Positions 48,558-57,818 of a DNA stretch of 64,000 nucleotides are shown here, piece by piece. Each line of letters begins with the position of its first letter. Position 1 is the stretch's first letter. A program made the translations under genes and the position numbers. The stretch comes from Acidimicrobiia bacterium (GTDB taxonomy: Bacteria > Actinomycetota > Acidimicrobiia > Spongiisociales > Spongiisociaceae), in NCBI GenBank assembly GCA_041576165.1, contig JBFGLM010000012.1:35766-99765 (forward strand), read 5' to 3'. The notes under the pieces were generated by a model. That model did not search any database. It was not told the origin of the DNA and saw nothing but the letters and a program-made list of their open reading frames with translations.

Positions 48558-49781
48558 ATGGAGGGGCTGCGCAGGGACACTCAGGCGGGCATCCTCGCCG
48601 GCGTCGCTGCGGGAATCGCTCGTCGCCTCGACGTCGGCCCGTCCGTCGTGCGCCTTGCCTTCGTCGGTGCGTGCTTCTTCGGTGGTCTGGGGCTGTTGCT
48701 GTATGTCGCGGCCTGGCTGCTGGTCCCGGCAGACGGAGAGCCCCGCTCCATCCTCGAGAACTGGCTGTCCAGCGGCTCTGACCGCAATCCGTGGGTCGGC
48801 GCGGCGCTCATCGGCCTCGCCGTGCTGATTCTCGTCGCCAGTCTCGAGACCGTGAACGCCACCATGGTCGCGGCGGCCGCGCTGTTCGTGGTTGGCGTCC
48901 TGCTGTATCGGGGTTTCTTCGACGAAACGTCAACCGGAGAAACCGCCTCCGACCGCTTGGAACCGGGCTCAGGGTCGACGGCATCTTCTACCTCCGGGAG
49001 CGAACCGACCCCCACCGCGCCGGTGGTGCGACCCATCGCGCCGGCGTCCGCACCCGCTCGTCCGCCCGAGCCATCGCCGAGCCTGGGGCCTCCTCCCCCC
49101 GAGGCACGGTCCACCTACCCGCCTTCACCGCCCGGGGCACCACCGACCCAGGAACCGCCGCGCCCGCGGCCGGTTGAGCGGTCGCCGCTCGGCCTGATCA
49201 CAGTCGCCGCGGTGCTGGTTGTGGTCGGCGTGATGGGGATCGTTGACTCCACCGCCGCAGTTGCGATCACCCTGTCGAGCTATTTCGCGGCGGCCGTGAT
49301 CACCGTCGGCGCGGGCTTGCTCATCGGCACGTTCTTCGGCAGGTCACGTGCCCTCATACTGATCGGGGTCCTGTTGCTGGCCGGGCTCCAGTTCACATCT
49401 TGGTTTGACATTCCGCTGGTCGGCGGATTCGGGGACCCGCGTTTTCACCCCGACCGCATCGCCGCCATCCAGGACGAGTACCGCCTCATCGCCGGTGAAC
49501 TCTGGCTGGATCTGACAGAGGTCTCGGACCTGGCGACGGTTGAAGGCCAGGTCGAGTCCGACGTCAGCCTGGCGGCCGGTTCTCTGCGGATCATCGTCCC
49601 GGCGGATGTGCCTCTCGACCTCGATGCCCGGGTCATCGCCGGTGAGTTGCACGTAGGTGATGAGCAACAAGTGGGTGCCGATCTGGAGTACCGGCTGAGA
49701 GAAGACGGCACTGGGGGAGGGCTGAGGCTTGACGTAGAAGTCGGCTTCGGCGAGGTCCACATCGTGTGGGAGAGGAGCTGA
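48558..49781 (+). CDS. PspC-domain membrane protein with a LiaF-like C-terminal domain
   Basis: LAGVAAGIA...RLAFV...LYVAAWLLVP; Pro-rich linker; GELWLDLT, GSLRIIVP, GFGEVHI. Confidence 0.88.
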   Translation: MEGLRRDTQAGILAGVAAGIARRLDVGPSVVRLAFVGACFFGGLGLLLYVAAWLLVPADGEPRSILENWLSSGSDRNPWVGAALIGLAVLILVASLETVNATMVAAAALFVVGVLLYRGFFDETSTGETASDRLEPGSGSTASSTSGSEPTPTAPVVRPIAPASAPARPPEPSPSLGPPPPEARSTYPPSPPGAPPTQEPPRPRPVERSPLGLITVAAVLVVVGVMGIVDSTAAVAITLSSYFAAAVITVGAGLLIGTFFGRSRALILIGVLLLAGLQFTSWFDIPLVGGFGDPRFHPDRIAAIQDEYRLIAGELWLDLTEVSDLATVEGQVESDVSLAAGSLRIIVPADVPLDLDARVIAGELHVGDEQQVGADLEYRLREDGTGGGLRLDVEVGFGEVHIVWERS

Positions 49782-49782
49782 G

Positions 49783-50199
49783 ATGCGACGGCATCCGTTC
49801 GACCCGGTTTCAGCGATCTTCGGGACGATCTTCCTGGCGGCCGGCATCATCGGGCTGACGAAGGCCCGCTTCCTGTCCCTCCTGCAAGGCGGGCGGCTTT
49901 GGGGTGTGCTTCTGCTGATCGGAGGCGTGGCGGTGCTGGTGGCGGCGCTGCGGCGGACCGGCACCGGCAACCAGGCATCGTTTGCGGGCACGCCGCCGCC
50001 TGTCGCCCGGTCCACCCAGCCCGAAGGACCGTCACCTGTCACCGACGTCGAGCTGGCTATTCAGGAACTGGCCGCAGAGCGCCGGGCCGCTCGCGACTCG
50101 TCCCCCGGAGACCGGTCGGCGCCAGATCCGCCGCGTCAGCCGGCAGATTCCCAGGATGAGGTAAACCTGGAGGAGCCGCCAAGCGACGACCATGTATAG
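49783..50199 (+). CDS. Small membrane protein of the PspC operon
   Basis: MRRHPFDPVSAIFG, two TM helices; GGAG RBS. Confidence 0.75.
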   Translation: MRRHPFDPVSAIFGTIFLAAGIIGLTKARFLSLLQGGRLWGVLLLIGGVAVLVAALRRTGTGNQASFAGTPPPVARSTQPEGPSPVTDVELAIQELAAERRAARDSSPGDRSAPDPPRQPADSQDEVNLEEPPSDDHV

Positions 50200-50233
50200 A
50201 GGCACACGAGCCTCGCATTCGCGTTGCCTCTAG

Positions 50234-50887
50234 ATGACTATTCACGGGGCGGCCGTGGAATTGTTCACCGGCACAGATGGGTGGATCTTCTACCTGGCGG
50301 TAGGACTCCTGGCCTTCGGCGAGTCTGCCGCCTTTCTCGGCCTGGCGGTTCCGGGTGAGTTGGCGGTGATCGCTGCGGGCGCAGCCGCCGCCATCGGTAC
50401 TGCGGCCTTCGGCCCGGTCGTGCTCGTCGCCATCGTTGGATCGGTCCTCGGCGGTCTCGTCGGGTACGGTCTGGGCCGCAGGTGGGGGTCAGATGTGCTC
50501 GGCTGGAAGCCGGTCAGGAGACGCCTGGGTACCGCCGCCCCCGCCGTCATGCAACATCTCGCCGCCAAGGGTGGCCTGGTCGTGATGCTGTCCCGCTTCA
50601 ACTCGATCACCCGGGCGCTCGTACCCGCCCTCGCCGGTACGGCCGGCATGCCGCTGCGGCGATTCATGGTCGCGTCTGCGGTCGGCGGGGTCGCCTGGGC
50701 CGGGGTCTTCGCGACGGCCGGTTTTCTGGCCGGCGCCTCGTGGCGCGCAATCTCGGCCGGCTCCACTCTGGTCTCGATGACTGCGTTCGTAGTCGTCCTC
50801 GGCCTCGCCCTGGCCGTGGCGCGGCGGGCCCGGCGGGCGACCGGCCCGGTCGAGCGGTCGGTGGTGGGGGCGCCCCGGCCCTCGTAG
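50234..50887 (+). CDS. DedA family membrane protein
   Basis: ESAAFLGLAVPGE, GYGLGRRWG, SRF...R...PALAG..GM...RF. Confidence 0.92.
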   Translation: MTIHGAAVELFTGTDGWIFYLAVGLLAFGESAAFLGLAVPGELAVIAAGAAAAIGTAAFGPVVLVAIVGSVLGGLVGYGLGRRWGSDVLGWKPVRRRLGTAAPAVMQHLAAKGGLVVMLSRFNSITRALVPALAGTAGMPLRRFMVASAVGGVAWAGVFATAGFLAGASWRAISAGSTLVSMTAFVVVLGLALAVARRARRATGPVERSVVGAPRPS

Positions 50888-51000
50888 GGGTCTTGACCCC
50901 AGCGGGAGTCCACCTCACCTGGGCTGATCACTGCACCGGGCCGATTTCTGCCGGCACGCGCGCAGCGCGCGTGCGCGAGCGCAATAGGTCGCAGATCCCC

Positions 51001-51048
51001 TTGACAGGTTGTCCCCGCGCGGCGAAACTTACGCATGTGTAATTACAC
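51001..51048 (+). promoter_or_regulatory. whiB promoter with a palindromic site
   Basis: TTGACA at 51001; perfect palindrome GTGTAATTACAC at 51037-51048. Confidence 0.55.
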
Positions 51049-51065
51049 GAGCGTCAGGAGGGCTC

Positions 51066-51347
51066 GTGCACAGGAAACTGATCGAGGCACTGGCGGTGGA
51101 CGATCTCGGCTGGCAGGACTATGCCAACTGCCGGGGTGCGGACGCCGACTTGTTCTTCCCCGAGCGAGGGGCCTCGACTCGCAAAGCCAAGGCGATATGC
51201 GCCGCCTGCCAAGTGCGGGTGGAGTGTCTCGAATTCGCCGTAACCAATAGCGAGAAGTTCGGGATTTGGGGAGGTTTGTCCGAGCGCGAGCGTCGGAAGA
51301 TCCGAAAGCAGCGGGCGATCGAAGCCCGACGGGCTGCCGTCGGCTGA
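51066..51347 (+). CDS. whiB: WhiB-family Fe-S transcription factor (WhiB/WhiB2-like)
   Basis: Four Cys, FFPERG, GIWGGLSERERR; AGGAGG RBS. Confidence 0.95.
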   Translation: MHRKLIEALAVDDLGWQDYANCRGADADLFFPERGASTRKAKAICAACQVRVECLEFAVTNSEKFGIWGGLSERERRKIRKQRAIEARRAAVG

Positions 51348-51549
51348 GCCTGACGCTTCAGAAAACGACGCACTGGGTGTCCGGCCGGCGGACATGTTGG
51401 GCGGGTCAGTCGGCCCGCCCCGGGGCGGTGAACCCCGGCCGGACCACCCGATCGCCTGGAAGGCACCCGGCGGCAGCGATGTTCTCTTCAATGTGGCAAG
51501 CCTTGGCATCACCGCATCTATCATCGGACCAAAGCGCAGAAGGTGAGCG

Positions 51550-52482
51550 GTGGAAATCTTCATTGCCGTTGTGATCGTGGTCGTCATCCTCGTTGGTTTT
51601 TCGGTCTACGCCGGGCGCCGTAGACGGGAGCTGCAAGAGAAGGTGCAGTCCGATACGTCCGGGCCCAGGCCGGTCGAGGACTTCACCGCGCCCCGCCCCA
51701 AACTCGCTGAGTTTCACGTCCGGGGGTCCGACGCACTCGTCACCTTCGACGTACCCGTCCCCAGCGGTGAAACCGACCCGGTGCTGGCTGATCTCCTCGT
51801 GACCGAAGCAGTGGAGGTCACCCGCGAGAAGAGTCATTCGCTCCCGATCGATCAGGTCACCACCGTCGTGGCAATGGCCGGTTCAGGGGCCGACCGTGTC
51901 GAGGTGGGACGCCGCCAACTCGAAAACCCGGGCGAACTGCCGCCGCCGCTCGGTGTCGAGCACATGCTGCATTTCGCCAAGATCGGGTTCGACCCGCTCG
52001 ACAAGCAGTTTGACGATGACGGCGCGCAGGTGGGGTTTGAGGCACCTCCCGCCCACGGGGACCAGCTCGGCCCGATCGGCACAGAGCTGCGCCTCCCGAA
52101 AGCGGTTGACGTCGGCCTCCGGAGTCAGGGCGTCGATCCGGCGACGATGTCGTCCGGGGAACTGGTGCGAACCCTCCTCAGTCTTTTCGGGTATTCGATC
52201 ACCCGTGGCGAGAAACCGAACACGTATTTCTCGGACAAGGCCGGACAGCGCACCTACATCCGCGAGGAGCCGCACACCGGCGACGACTACCCCGAACTCG
52301 ACGCAAGCGTCATCAATCAATTCATGGCCGACTTTCGTTCATCGGGGGCGGACCGGGGACTGCTTGTCACCGACAAGTACAGTCCCTTCGAGGTCTACGA
52401 ACGAGAGAAACGGGAGCCGCGAGTCCGGTTCGTGACCCGCGAACGACTCCAGAAGTTCGTGGACTCGTTGGCCCTCGGCTGA
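51550..52482 (+). CDS. Membrane-anchored protein with a C-terminal Mrr-like restriction-endonuclease fold (degenerate)
   Basis: N-terminal TM; ELVRTLLSLFGYSI...VINQF...GADRGLLVT...VRFVTRERL. Confidence 0.6.
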   Translation: MEIFIAVVIVVVILVGFSVYAGRRRRELQEKVQSDTSGPRPVEDFTAPRPKLAEFHVRGSDALVTFDVPVPSGETDPVLADLLVTEAVEVTREKSHSLPIDQVTTVVAMAGSGADRVEVGRRQLENPGELPPPLGVEHMLHFAKIGFDPLDKQFDDDGAQVGFEAPPAHGDQLGPIGTELRLPKAVDVGLRSQGVDPATMSSGELVRTLLSLFGYSITRGEKPNTYFSDKAGQRTYIREEPHTGDDYPELDASVINQFMADFRSSGADRGLLVTDKYSPFEVYEREKREPRVRFVTRERLQKFVDSLALG

Positions 52483-52641
52483 GGCGGCCGGGCTCTCGGC
52501 CACCAATGCGTGGAGTCGGTCGGGAACCGGAGATAGTGGCTGGGGCGTTGTCGGAGCGGGAGAGGTCAAGTGACGTGGCGACGACCAGCATCCGACTTGT
52601 GGCCGGTCTCCGTTACACTTTGAGTTCGGAAGGAGATCACA

Positions 52642-52836
52642 GTGTTCGGCGGACGACTCAGCGGGTGGGAACTGATCATCATTCTCGTGGTGTTGCTGCT
52701 GCTGTTCGGGGCCCGCAAACTCCCCGACCTGGCGCGATCCATCGGTGCTTCGGCGAAAGAGTTCCGCAAGGGCATCGAAGACGGGATGGACGAAGAGCCC
52801 TCTTCGACCGACGCCTCCACCGACAGCGAGTCCTGA
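52642..52836 (+). CDS. tatA: Twin-arginine translocase subunit TatA/E
   Basis: ELIIILVVLLLLFGARKLPDLARSIG..AKEFRKG. Confidence 0.95.
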   Translation: MFGGRLSGWELIIILVVLLLLFGARKLPDLARSIGASAKEFRKGIEDGMDEEPSSTDASTDSES

Positions 52837-52999
52837 AGGCGGCCGCACCAGGAACTTTCGCGATTGTCGGCACGTTCTTTCGACGTGCTGGCAATCGGCG
52901 GAGTGATCTGCTGGCCGCTCGAGGTCTGGCTGCCCGGCGTCGCCTGATCTCGGCAATGCCTGCGGCGCGGCGTACCAGCACCCAGCCGGGACGTCGCTG

Positions 53000-53500
53000 A
53001 TGCGCGACGTGCCCCTGACGTGGGAAGAGGTGGCCCGCTCGTATGGGCGCAAGATATACAACTTCGCGTACCGGCTCACCGGTAACAGCGACGACGCCGC
53101 CGATCTCACCCAGGAGGTGCTGCTGCGAGTCAGGCGCGGCCTCGCCACCTACGAACCGGGCTCGTTCGAGGGATGGCTGTGGCGAATCACCCGTAATGCC
53201 TTTCTCGATGAGGTGCGGCGCCGCAAGCGGCGTCCCACGGTGCCCCTCCCCGATGACATCGACCGGGTCGGCGCCAGCGCCACCCCGTCCCCGGACGACG
53301 TGCTCGCCGCAGTTCGGCTCGATGACAACGTGCAGCAGGCCCTCCTCAAGCTGCCATACGAGTTCCGGGAGGCGGTCGTGATGTGTGACATCGTCGGGCT
53401 GTCGTACGACGAGATCGCGTCCGCCTGTACGGTCCCAGTCGGGACCATCCGCAGCCGGATTCACCGGGGCCGCCGTCAGCTTCGGGAGCTGCTCACATGA
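53000..53500 (+). CDS. sigE: ECF sigma factor, mycobacterial SigE-like
   Basis: WEEV...YRLTGN..DA.DLTQEV, GSFEGWL.RIT.N.FLD, GTIRSRIHRGR. Confidence 0.9.
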   Translation: MRDVPLTWEEVARSYGRKIYNFAYRLTGNSDDAADLTQEVLLRVRRGLATYEPGSFEGWLWRITRNAFLDEVRRRKRRPTVPLPDDIDRVGASATPSPDDVLAAVRLDDNVQQALLKLPYEFREAVVMCDIVGLSYDEIASACTVPVGTIRSRIHRGRRQLRELLT

Positions 53501-53925
53501 TGTATCCGGCAGAGCTGCTATCTGCCTACCTGGACGGCGAGCTCAGCCGGGCCGAACAGTCGCGAGTAGTTGCCCATCTCGAGTCGTGCGCGGCGTGCCG
53601 GATGGATCTCGCCGACCTGCAGTCGGCTCGGGCAGCGGTGCGGGCCTTACCCATCCTCGACGCGCCCGACTGGCTCCGCCCTGCGGAGCCTGCGGCCCTG
53701 GAACTGGCCCGCCGCCACCCGGCGGCGTCGTTCGCCACAGCCGCCGCTGCCATCCTGGCACTGGCGATCGGACTGGCATCTTGGTTCGCCCCGCCCCCCG
53801 AGGTCGAGTTGCAGATTGCCGACATCGCGGCCACCCATGGCGCCCGGGCGGTCCAAGACGGAATCCCCGCCAGCGGAGGGATGGCCGAAATGGCAACGCT
53901 GCTCCCGGGAGTGGTAGCAGAATGA
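53497..53925 (+). CDS. Zinc-finger (ZAS) anti-sigma factor with a TM helix, RseA-like
   Basis: LSAYLDGEL...HLESCAAC; TM; coupled to sigE. Confidence 0.88.
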   Translation: MMYPAELLSAYLDGELSRAEQSRVVAHLESCAACRMDLADLQSARAAVRALPILDAPDWLRPAEPAALELARRHPAASFATAAAAILALAIGLASWFAPPPEVELQIADIAATHGARAVQDGIPASGGMAEMATLLPGVVAE

Positions 53926-54857
53926 GGCGGACCGGAGTGACCCTCGCGTTGGTGGCGGGGATGGTCGTCGCCAGCGCATCGCCGGCGCTGGCGCAGCCGC
54001 TGGAGGAGTGGCTGGACCGGGCGGCGCGGGCTGAGTTCGAAGGCCGGCAGGTGACGATTTGTGAAACTCCGGAGGGCCGGATCAGCGAAGTGGTGGACGT
54101 CGCCCAGAAGGACGGTGTGGTGGTGGTGACCGCTCCCGGCGGTGAGGTCGTCATCCAGGCCGGCGCCGTGATGACGACGGAAACCGACGGATCCGCCTCG
54201 TTGGCGACCGTTGAATCCGCCTCGAACGCCCGACTGGCGGACCGGTACCGCCCGGCCGTCCGGGGCCAGTCACAGATCATCAACCGGGCGGTGGACATCG
54301 TCGAAGTGCTCGAAGGAGATTTGGTCCGCGTCCGCTACGCCTTCGACGGCGAGACAGGGGCCGTGTTGCGCTCCGATGTGAACAACGGCGACGGCTCCGC
54401 GTACTGCACCACTCAATTCGTCGAATTCCGGCCGCAGACCAGCATCACGGTGGCCGAACCCTCCGATGTTCGTGAGGTGCTCTTGACCGCACTCGCCACC
54501 GACGCCTCGTTGCCGGAGACGGTCGCCGGTTTCTCCCGGCTCGACACGTATGAAGGCCCGCAGGGCAGCGTCGCCGCGTTCTACACCGACGGTATCTTCT
54601 CGTTTACGGTCATCGTGGCCGACCGCAAGATCATCGTGCCGGAGCTGAGCGGGGCTCCGGACGTGAATCTGGACGGTGCCACCTACGTGCGCCGGTTCAC
54701 GCCCGGTCAGGTCGTGTACTCGTGGGAGACACCCGATGGCGGGTTGGTGATGATCGGTGACCTGCCTACCGATCTCCAGGAGGCCGTTCTGTCGGATCTG
54801 CCCGAGCCGGGCGTGGCGAACCTGCTGGTGCGCTTGTGGCGCCGGCTCTTCCGCTGA
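53922..54857 (+). CDS. Secreted MucB/RseB-like protein
   Basis: Signal peptide; A....F.G, I.NRAVDIVEV, FDGETGAVLR, FYTDGIFSFTV, IGDLP; third gene of the sigE operon. Confidence 0.72.
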   Translation: MRRTGVTLALVAGMVVASASPALAQPLEEWLDRAARAEFEGRQVTICETPEGRISEVVDVAQKDGVVVVTAPGGEVVIQAGAVMTTETDGSASLATVESASNARLADRYRPAVRGQSQIINRAVDIVEVLEGDLVRVRYAFDGETGAVLRSDVNNGDGSAYCTTQFVEFRPQTSITVAEPSDVREVLLTALATDASLPETVAGFSRLDTYEGPQGSVAAFYTDGIFSFTVIVADRKIIVPELSGAPDVNLDGATYVRRFTPGQVVYSWETPDGGLVMIGDLPTDLQEAVLSDLPEPGVANLLVRLWRRLFR

Positions 54858-54881
54858 GCCCCAGCCGTCGCCCGGGACGAA

Positions 54882-55340
54882 TCAGATCGCGTCCAGCGCC
54901 TCAACATACGCGTCGTAGCTGCGGGGTTGTCCGAACTCATCGGCGGCGATGACCGATCGCACTATTCCATCTTTGTCGAGCACAAAGGTGGTGCGGTTGG
55001 CGACACCCAGTTTCTCGTTGAACGTACCGTACGCTTGGGCGACGGAGCCATGAGGCCAGAAATCGGCCAGGATCGGGTACTCGAGTCCTTCCTGCCGGGC
55101 CCACGCTGCGTTGGTGAAGAAAGAGTCGGTGGTGATAACCACTACTTGGGTGCCGGCGTCGTGCAGCTGGCCGAGGTTGTCCCGCAGTTCGCACACCTCG
55201 CCGGTGCACACCCGGCTGAACGCATAGGGCATGAACACCAGCAGTGTCTTTTCGCCCCTCAAATCGTCGAGAGAAACGAGGTTGCGGTGTTGATCCCGGA
55301 GTGTGAATTCCGGCGCAGGCCGATCGATCGCAACAGCCAC
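54882..55340 (-). CDS. Peroxiredoxin, AhpE-like
   Basis: APEFTL, P.AFSRVCTGEVC, LADFWPHG.VAQAYG, RTTFV. Confidence 0.92.
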   Translation of the reverse strand: MAVAIDRPAPEFTLRDQHRNLVSLDDLRGEKTLLVFMPYAFSRVCTGEVCELRDNLGQLHDAGTQVVVITTDSFFTNAAWARQEGLEYPILADFWPHGSVAQAYGTFNEKLGVANRTTFVLDKDGIVRSVIAADEFGQPRSYDAYVEALDAI

Positions 55341-55431
55341 GGTGCTCCTCACTGCTTGGGGACTACCAAGGTACTACCACCGAAAGCCGGGGCGCCCTCG
55401 GGCCGTTCGTCCGGAATCCTCGAGGCCCAGC

Positions 55432-56532
55432 TCATAGCCCGTCGGTCAGATCATCCAACAGCACTCGCGCCGCCCAGCCGAGCGGATCGCTCAGCTCGGC
55501 CAGACTCGGCAGGTTCTCGGGAGCGACCCAGAGCTTGCGCAGTGCGTCGTGCCCCCACCGTTCGGCCACCTGTTCGCAGAACTCGGCGCCGAGCCGGTAT
55601 TGCTCGCGCTTCAGTTCCATCCCCAGCAGCCGGTTGAGGAGACTTTCGCCCTGGCCGGCCTCCTGCCGGCGGGCCGTCATCGCCGCCCGCATCCGCTCGA
55701 GATCGGGGAGGAGCCCCGGCGCTGCCCGATCCATGAGGTAGTCCGAGTACCCCTCGACGATCGACATGAACGCTTGGATGGCGTCCAGCTTTGGACGCTG
55801 CTCGGGACTTGTGACCATCCCGGCGAGTCCAGCCGGGTCGTCGAGCAGCTCCTGGAGGCGCGACGGGTCGGTGAAATCCTGCATCCGCTCACCTAGGGCG
55901 GAGGCGTCGAGCTGCATCCCATCTAGATACTCGTGCACCAGCCGGATGAAATGCGCCCGGACCCAGCCTTGTGCAAACTGGGCATGGTGGGTCACCTCGT
56001 GGAGCGCGACCCACAGACGCACTTGCTTCGGCTCGAGGCCGTGATCCGATGCGAACGCTTCTATGTTCGGCACGACGTAATAGATATCGCCTTCCTCAGC
56101 GGCGGGCAGACCGATGTCGAACTGGCCCAGGACTCGCTGGCTGAGGAATCCGACCAGTACTCCCATCTGCATCCCGAGCAGCGCTGGGATGAGCGGGGCC
56201 AGCATGGCGTCCATGCCGGCCGGAGCGGGGAGCATCGACATCTTCTCCGACATCGGTTCAACCAGATAGCGGAATGACCGCAAGTTCCGTTCCGCCCACC
56301 GGCTCCGGTCGAGCGGCACGGCGCTCACCACCGGCGACAAAGCCAGCCCGGATGCCTGGCCGACATGCATCTGTGCCACTCGGGTCAGCTCTATGTACTC
56401 GTCTGCCAGCCACGGGTCGATCGGCTCCTCCGGGCCGGTGACGTGTTTGGCGATCTGCTCGGCGAGCTTCCAGTTGACCGGTCCCGGCTGGTTCAGCAGC
56501 TCCATGAGCTGATCGAATATGTTGTTGCTCAT
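55432..56532 (-). CDS. Actinobacterial zinc-dependent metalloprotease (DUF2342-like)
   Basis: GPVNW, VLGQFD, LHEVTH, EGYSD, LGMELK..QY..G. Confidence 0.88.
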   Translation of the reverse strand: MSNNIFDQLMELLNQPGPVNWKLAEQIAKHVTGPEEPIDPWLADEYIELTRVAQMHVGQASGLALSPVVSAVPLDRSRWAERNLRSFRYLVEPMSEKMSMLPAPAGMDAMLAPLIPALLGMQMGVLVGFLSQRVLGQFDIGLPAAEEGDIYYVVPNIEAFASDHGLEPKQVRLWVALHEVTHHAQFAQGWVRAHFIRLVHEYLDGMQLDASALGERMQDFTDPSRLQELLDDPAGLAGMVTSPEQRPKLDAIQAFMSIVEGYSDYLMDRAAPGLLPDLERMRAAMTARRQEAGQGESLLNRLLGMELKREQYRLGAEFCEQVAERWGHDALRKLWVAPENLPSLAELSDPLGWAARVLLDDLTDGL

Positions 56533-57800
56533 CAGTTCTCCGGTCTCTCGTCAAGGGTGAGGGACAGTTCGATCGAGTCACCGTCTCGAATCAGCTCAAC
56601 GTCGACTGTTTGTCCCGCCCGGAAAGTCCGGAGTTGAGAGACCAGCAGGTTCATCGACGAGACCCGCTCTCCGGCCAGAGACACGATCACATCACCGGGG
56701 CGCGCTCCCGCCGCTCCGATGGCCGAGCCGGCGGTGAGGCCGGTTATCTCTGCGCCGATCGGTACCTCGACTCCGTTCTGATCGCTGAACGCCGGCCGGC
56801 CGGTGATGCCCAGGAAGGCGTGCCGAACCTGGCCCTCGACGATGAGGTCCTGAGCGATGCTGTCGACGAGGTCTACCGGCACGGCAAAGCCCAGTCCTTC
56901 GGCTCCGACGTCGCTCACTCCGATGGCGGTTGTTATCCCCAGCAGGTCACCCTTTTCATTCAGGAGCGCCCCGCCGCTCGACCCTCGTGTGATCGGCGCA
57001 TCGGTTTGCAGGAGCCCGTACAAGACGATGTTTCTGAATGGATCGACCTCCAACTCGCGGTTGAACGCAGACACGACGCCGGACGTGACCGACGGACCAC
57101 CCTCCAGGCCCAGCGGGTTCCCGACCGCCACCGCCAGATCGCCGATCTCGACCTCGTCGATGGCGGCGTAGTCGATCGTCGGCAGGCCTGTAGCACCAAT
57201 CCCCAACACTGCAATGTCGGTGATCGGATCCGAACCGACGAGATCGGCGGCGTAGGTACGGCCGTCGGAGAGCGATACCTTGATCTCGGCGGCCCCCTCG
57301 ATCACATGGCTGTTGGTGAGGATGAGACCGTTCTCGTCAAAGATCACTCCCGATCCGGCCCCGGCCAGCGTATCTGACTGCCCGGCAACGGCGTATATCT
57401 GCACGGCCACGATCGAGGGCACGGCTCGGGCCGCCACTGCGGCCACCCTCCCAACCGTTTCACCGGAGGTGATTATCGGCCGTTCCACCACTCGGTCGGC
57501 AGTCGGCGCGACCGGCTGATCCCCCGAGAAGGCGCCGGTCCAAGCCACGATCCCGACCATCAGGGCCGCGCCGACCAGGCCGCCTAGAAAAGCGGTGAAC
57601 CATGTTCGGTGGGCACTCGGGGGTCGGCCCGGAGCTGCCGGCGCGAAGACGGTCGGCCGCCAAGACTCGAGTGACGGAGGCGTCGTCATCGAGCTCGGAT
57701 CCTGCGCCTCTCCGCCCGCAGGCCTGTCCGCCCGGTCATCCTCAACCGCCTCCGGCGGTCCCGGCGGGAGGTCTCGCCATGGTTGGCGGTGTTCTTCCAT
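56532..57800 (-). CDS. HtrA/DegS-family serine protease with TM and one PDZ domain
   Basis: GSGVI, LTNSHV, TDIAV, QTDAPI..GSSGGAL, C-terminal PDZ. Confidence 0.95.
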   Translation of the reverse strand: MEEHRQPWRDLPPGPPEAVEDDRADRPAGGEAQDPSSMTTPPSLESWRPTVFAPAAPGRPPSAHRTWFTAFLGGLVGAALMVGIVAWTGAFSGDQPVAPTADRVVERPIITSGETVGRVAAVAARAVPSIVAVQIYAVAGQSDTLAGAGSGVIFDENGLILTNSHVIEGAAEIKVSLSDGRTYAADLVGSDPITDIAVLGIGATGLPTIDYAAIDEVEIGDLAVAVGNPLGLEGGPSVTSGVVSAFNRELEVDPFRNIVLYGLLQTDAPITRGSSGGALLNEKGDLLGITTAIGVSDVGAEGLGFAVPVDLVDSIAQDLIVEGQVRHAFLGITGRPAFSDQNGVEVPIGAEITGLTAGSAIGAAGARPGDVIVSLAGERVSSMNLLVSQLRTFRAGQTVDVELIRDGDSIELSLTLDERPEN

Positions 57801-57818
57801 AGACTCCGATTCTATGGA
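57796..57818. promoter_or_regulatory. Overlapping divergent promoters of htrA and moaE, probably leaderless
   Basis: TCCATAGA-N7-TCTATGGA; TAGACT-N8-ATG on +, TAGAAT-N8-ATG on -. Confidence 0.65.
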
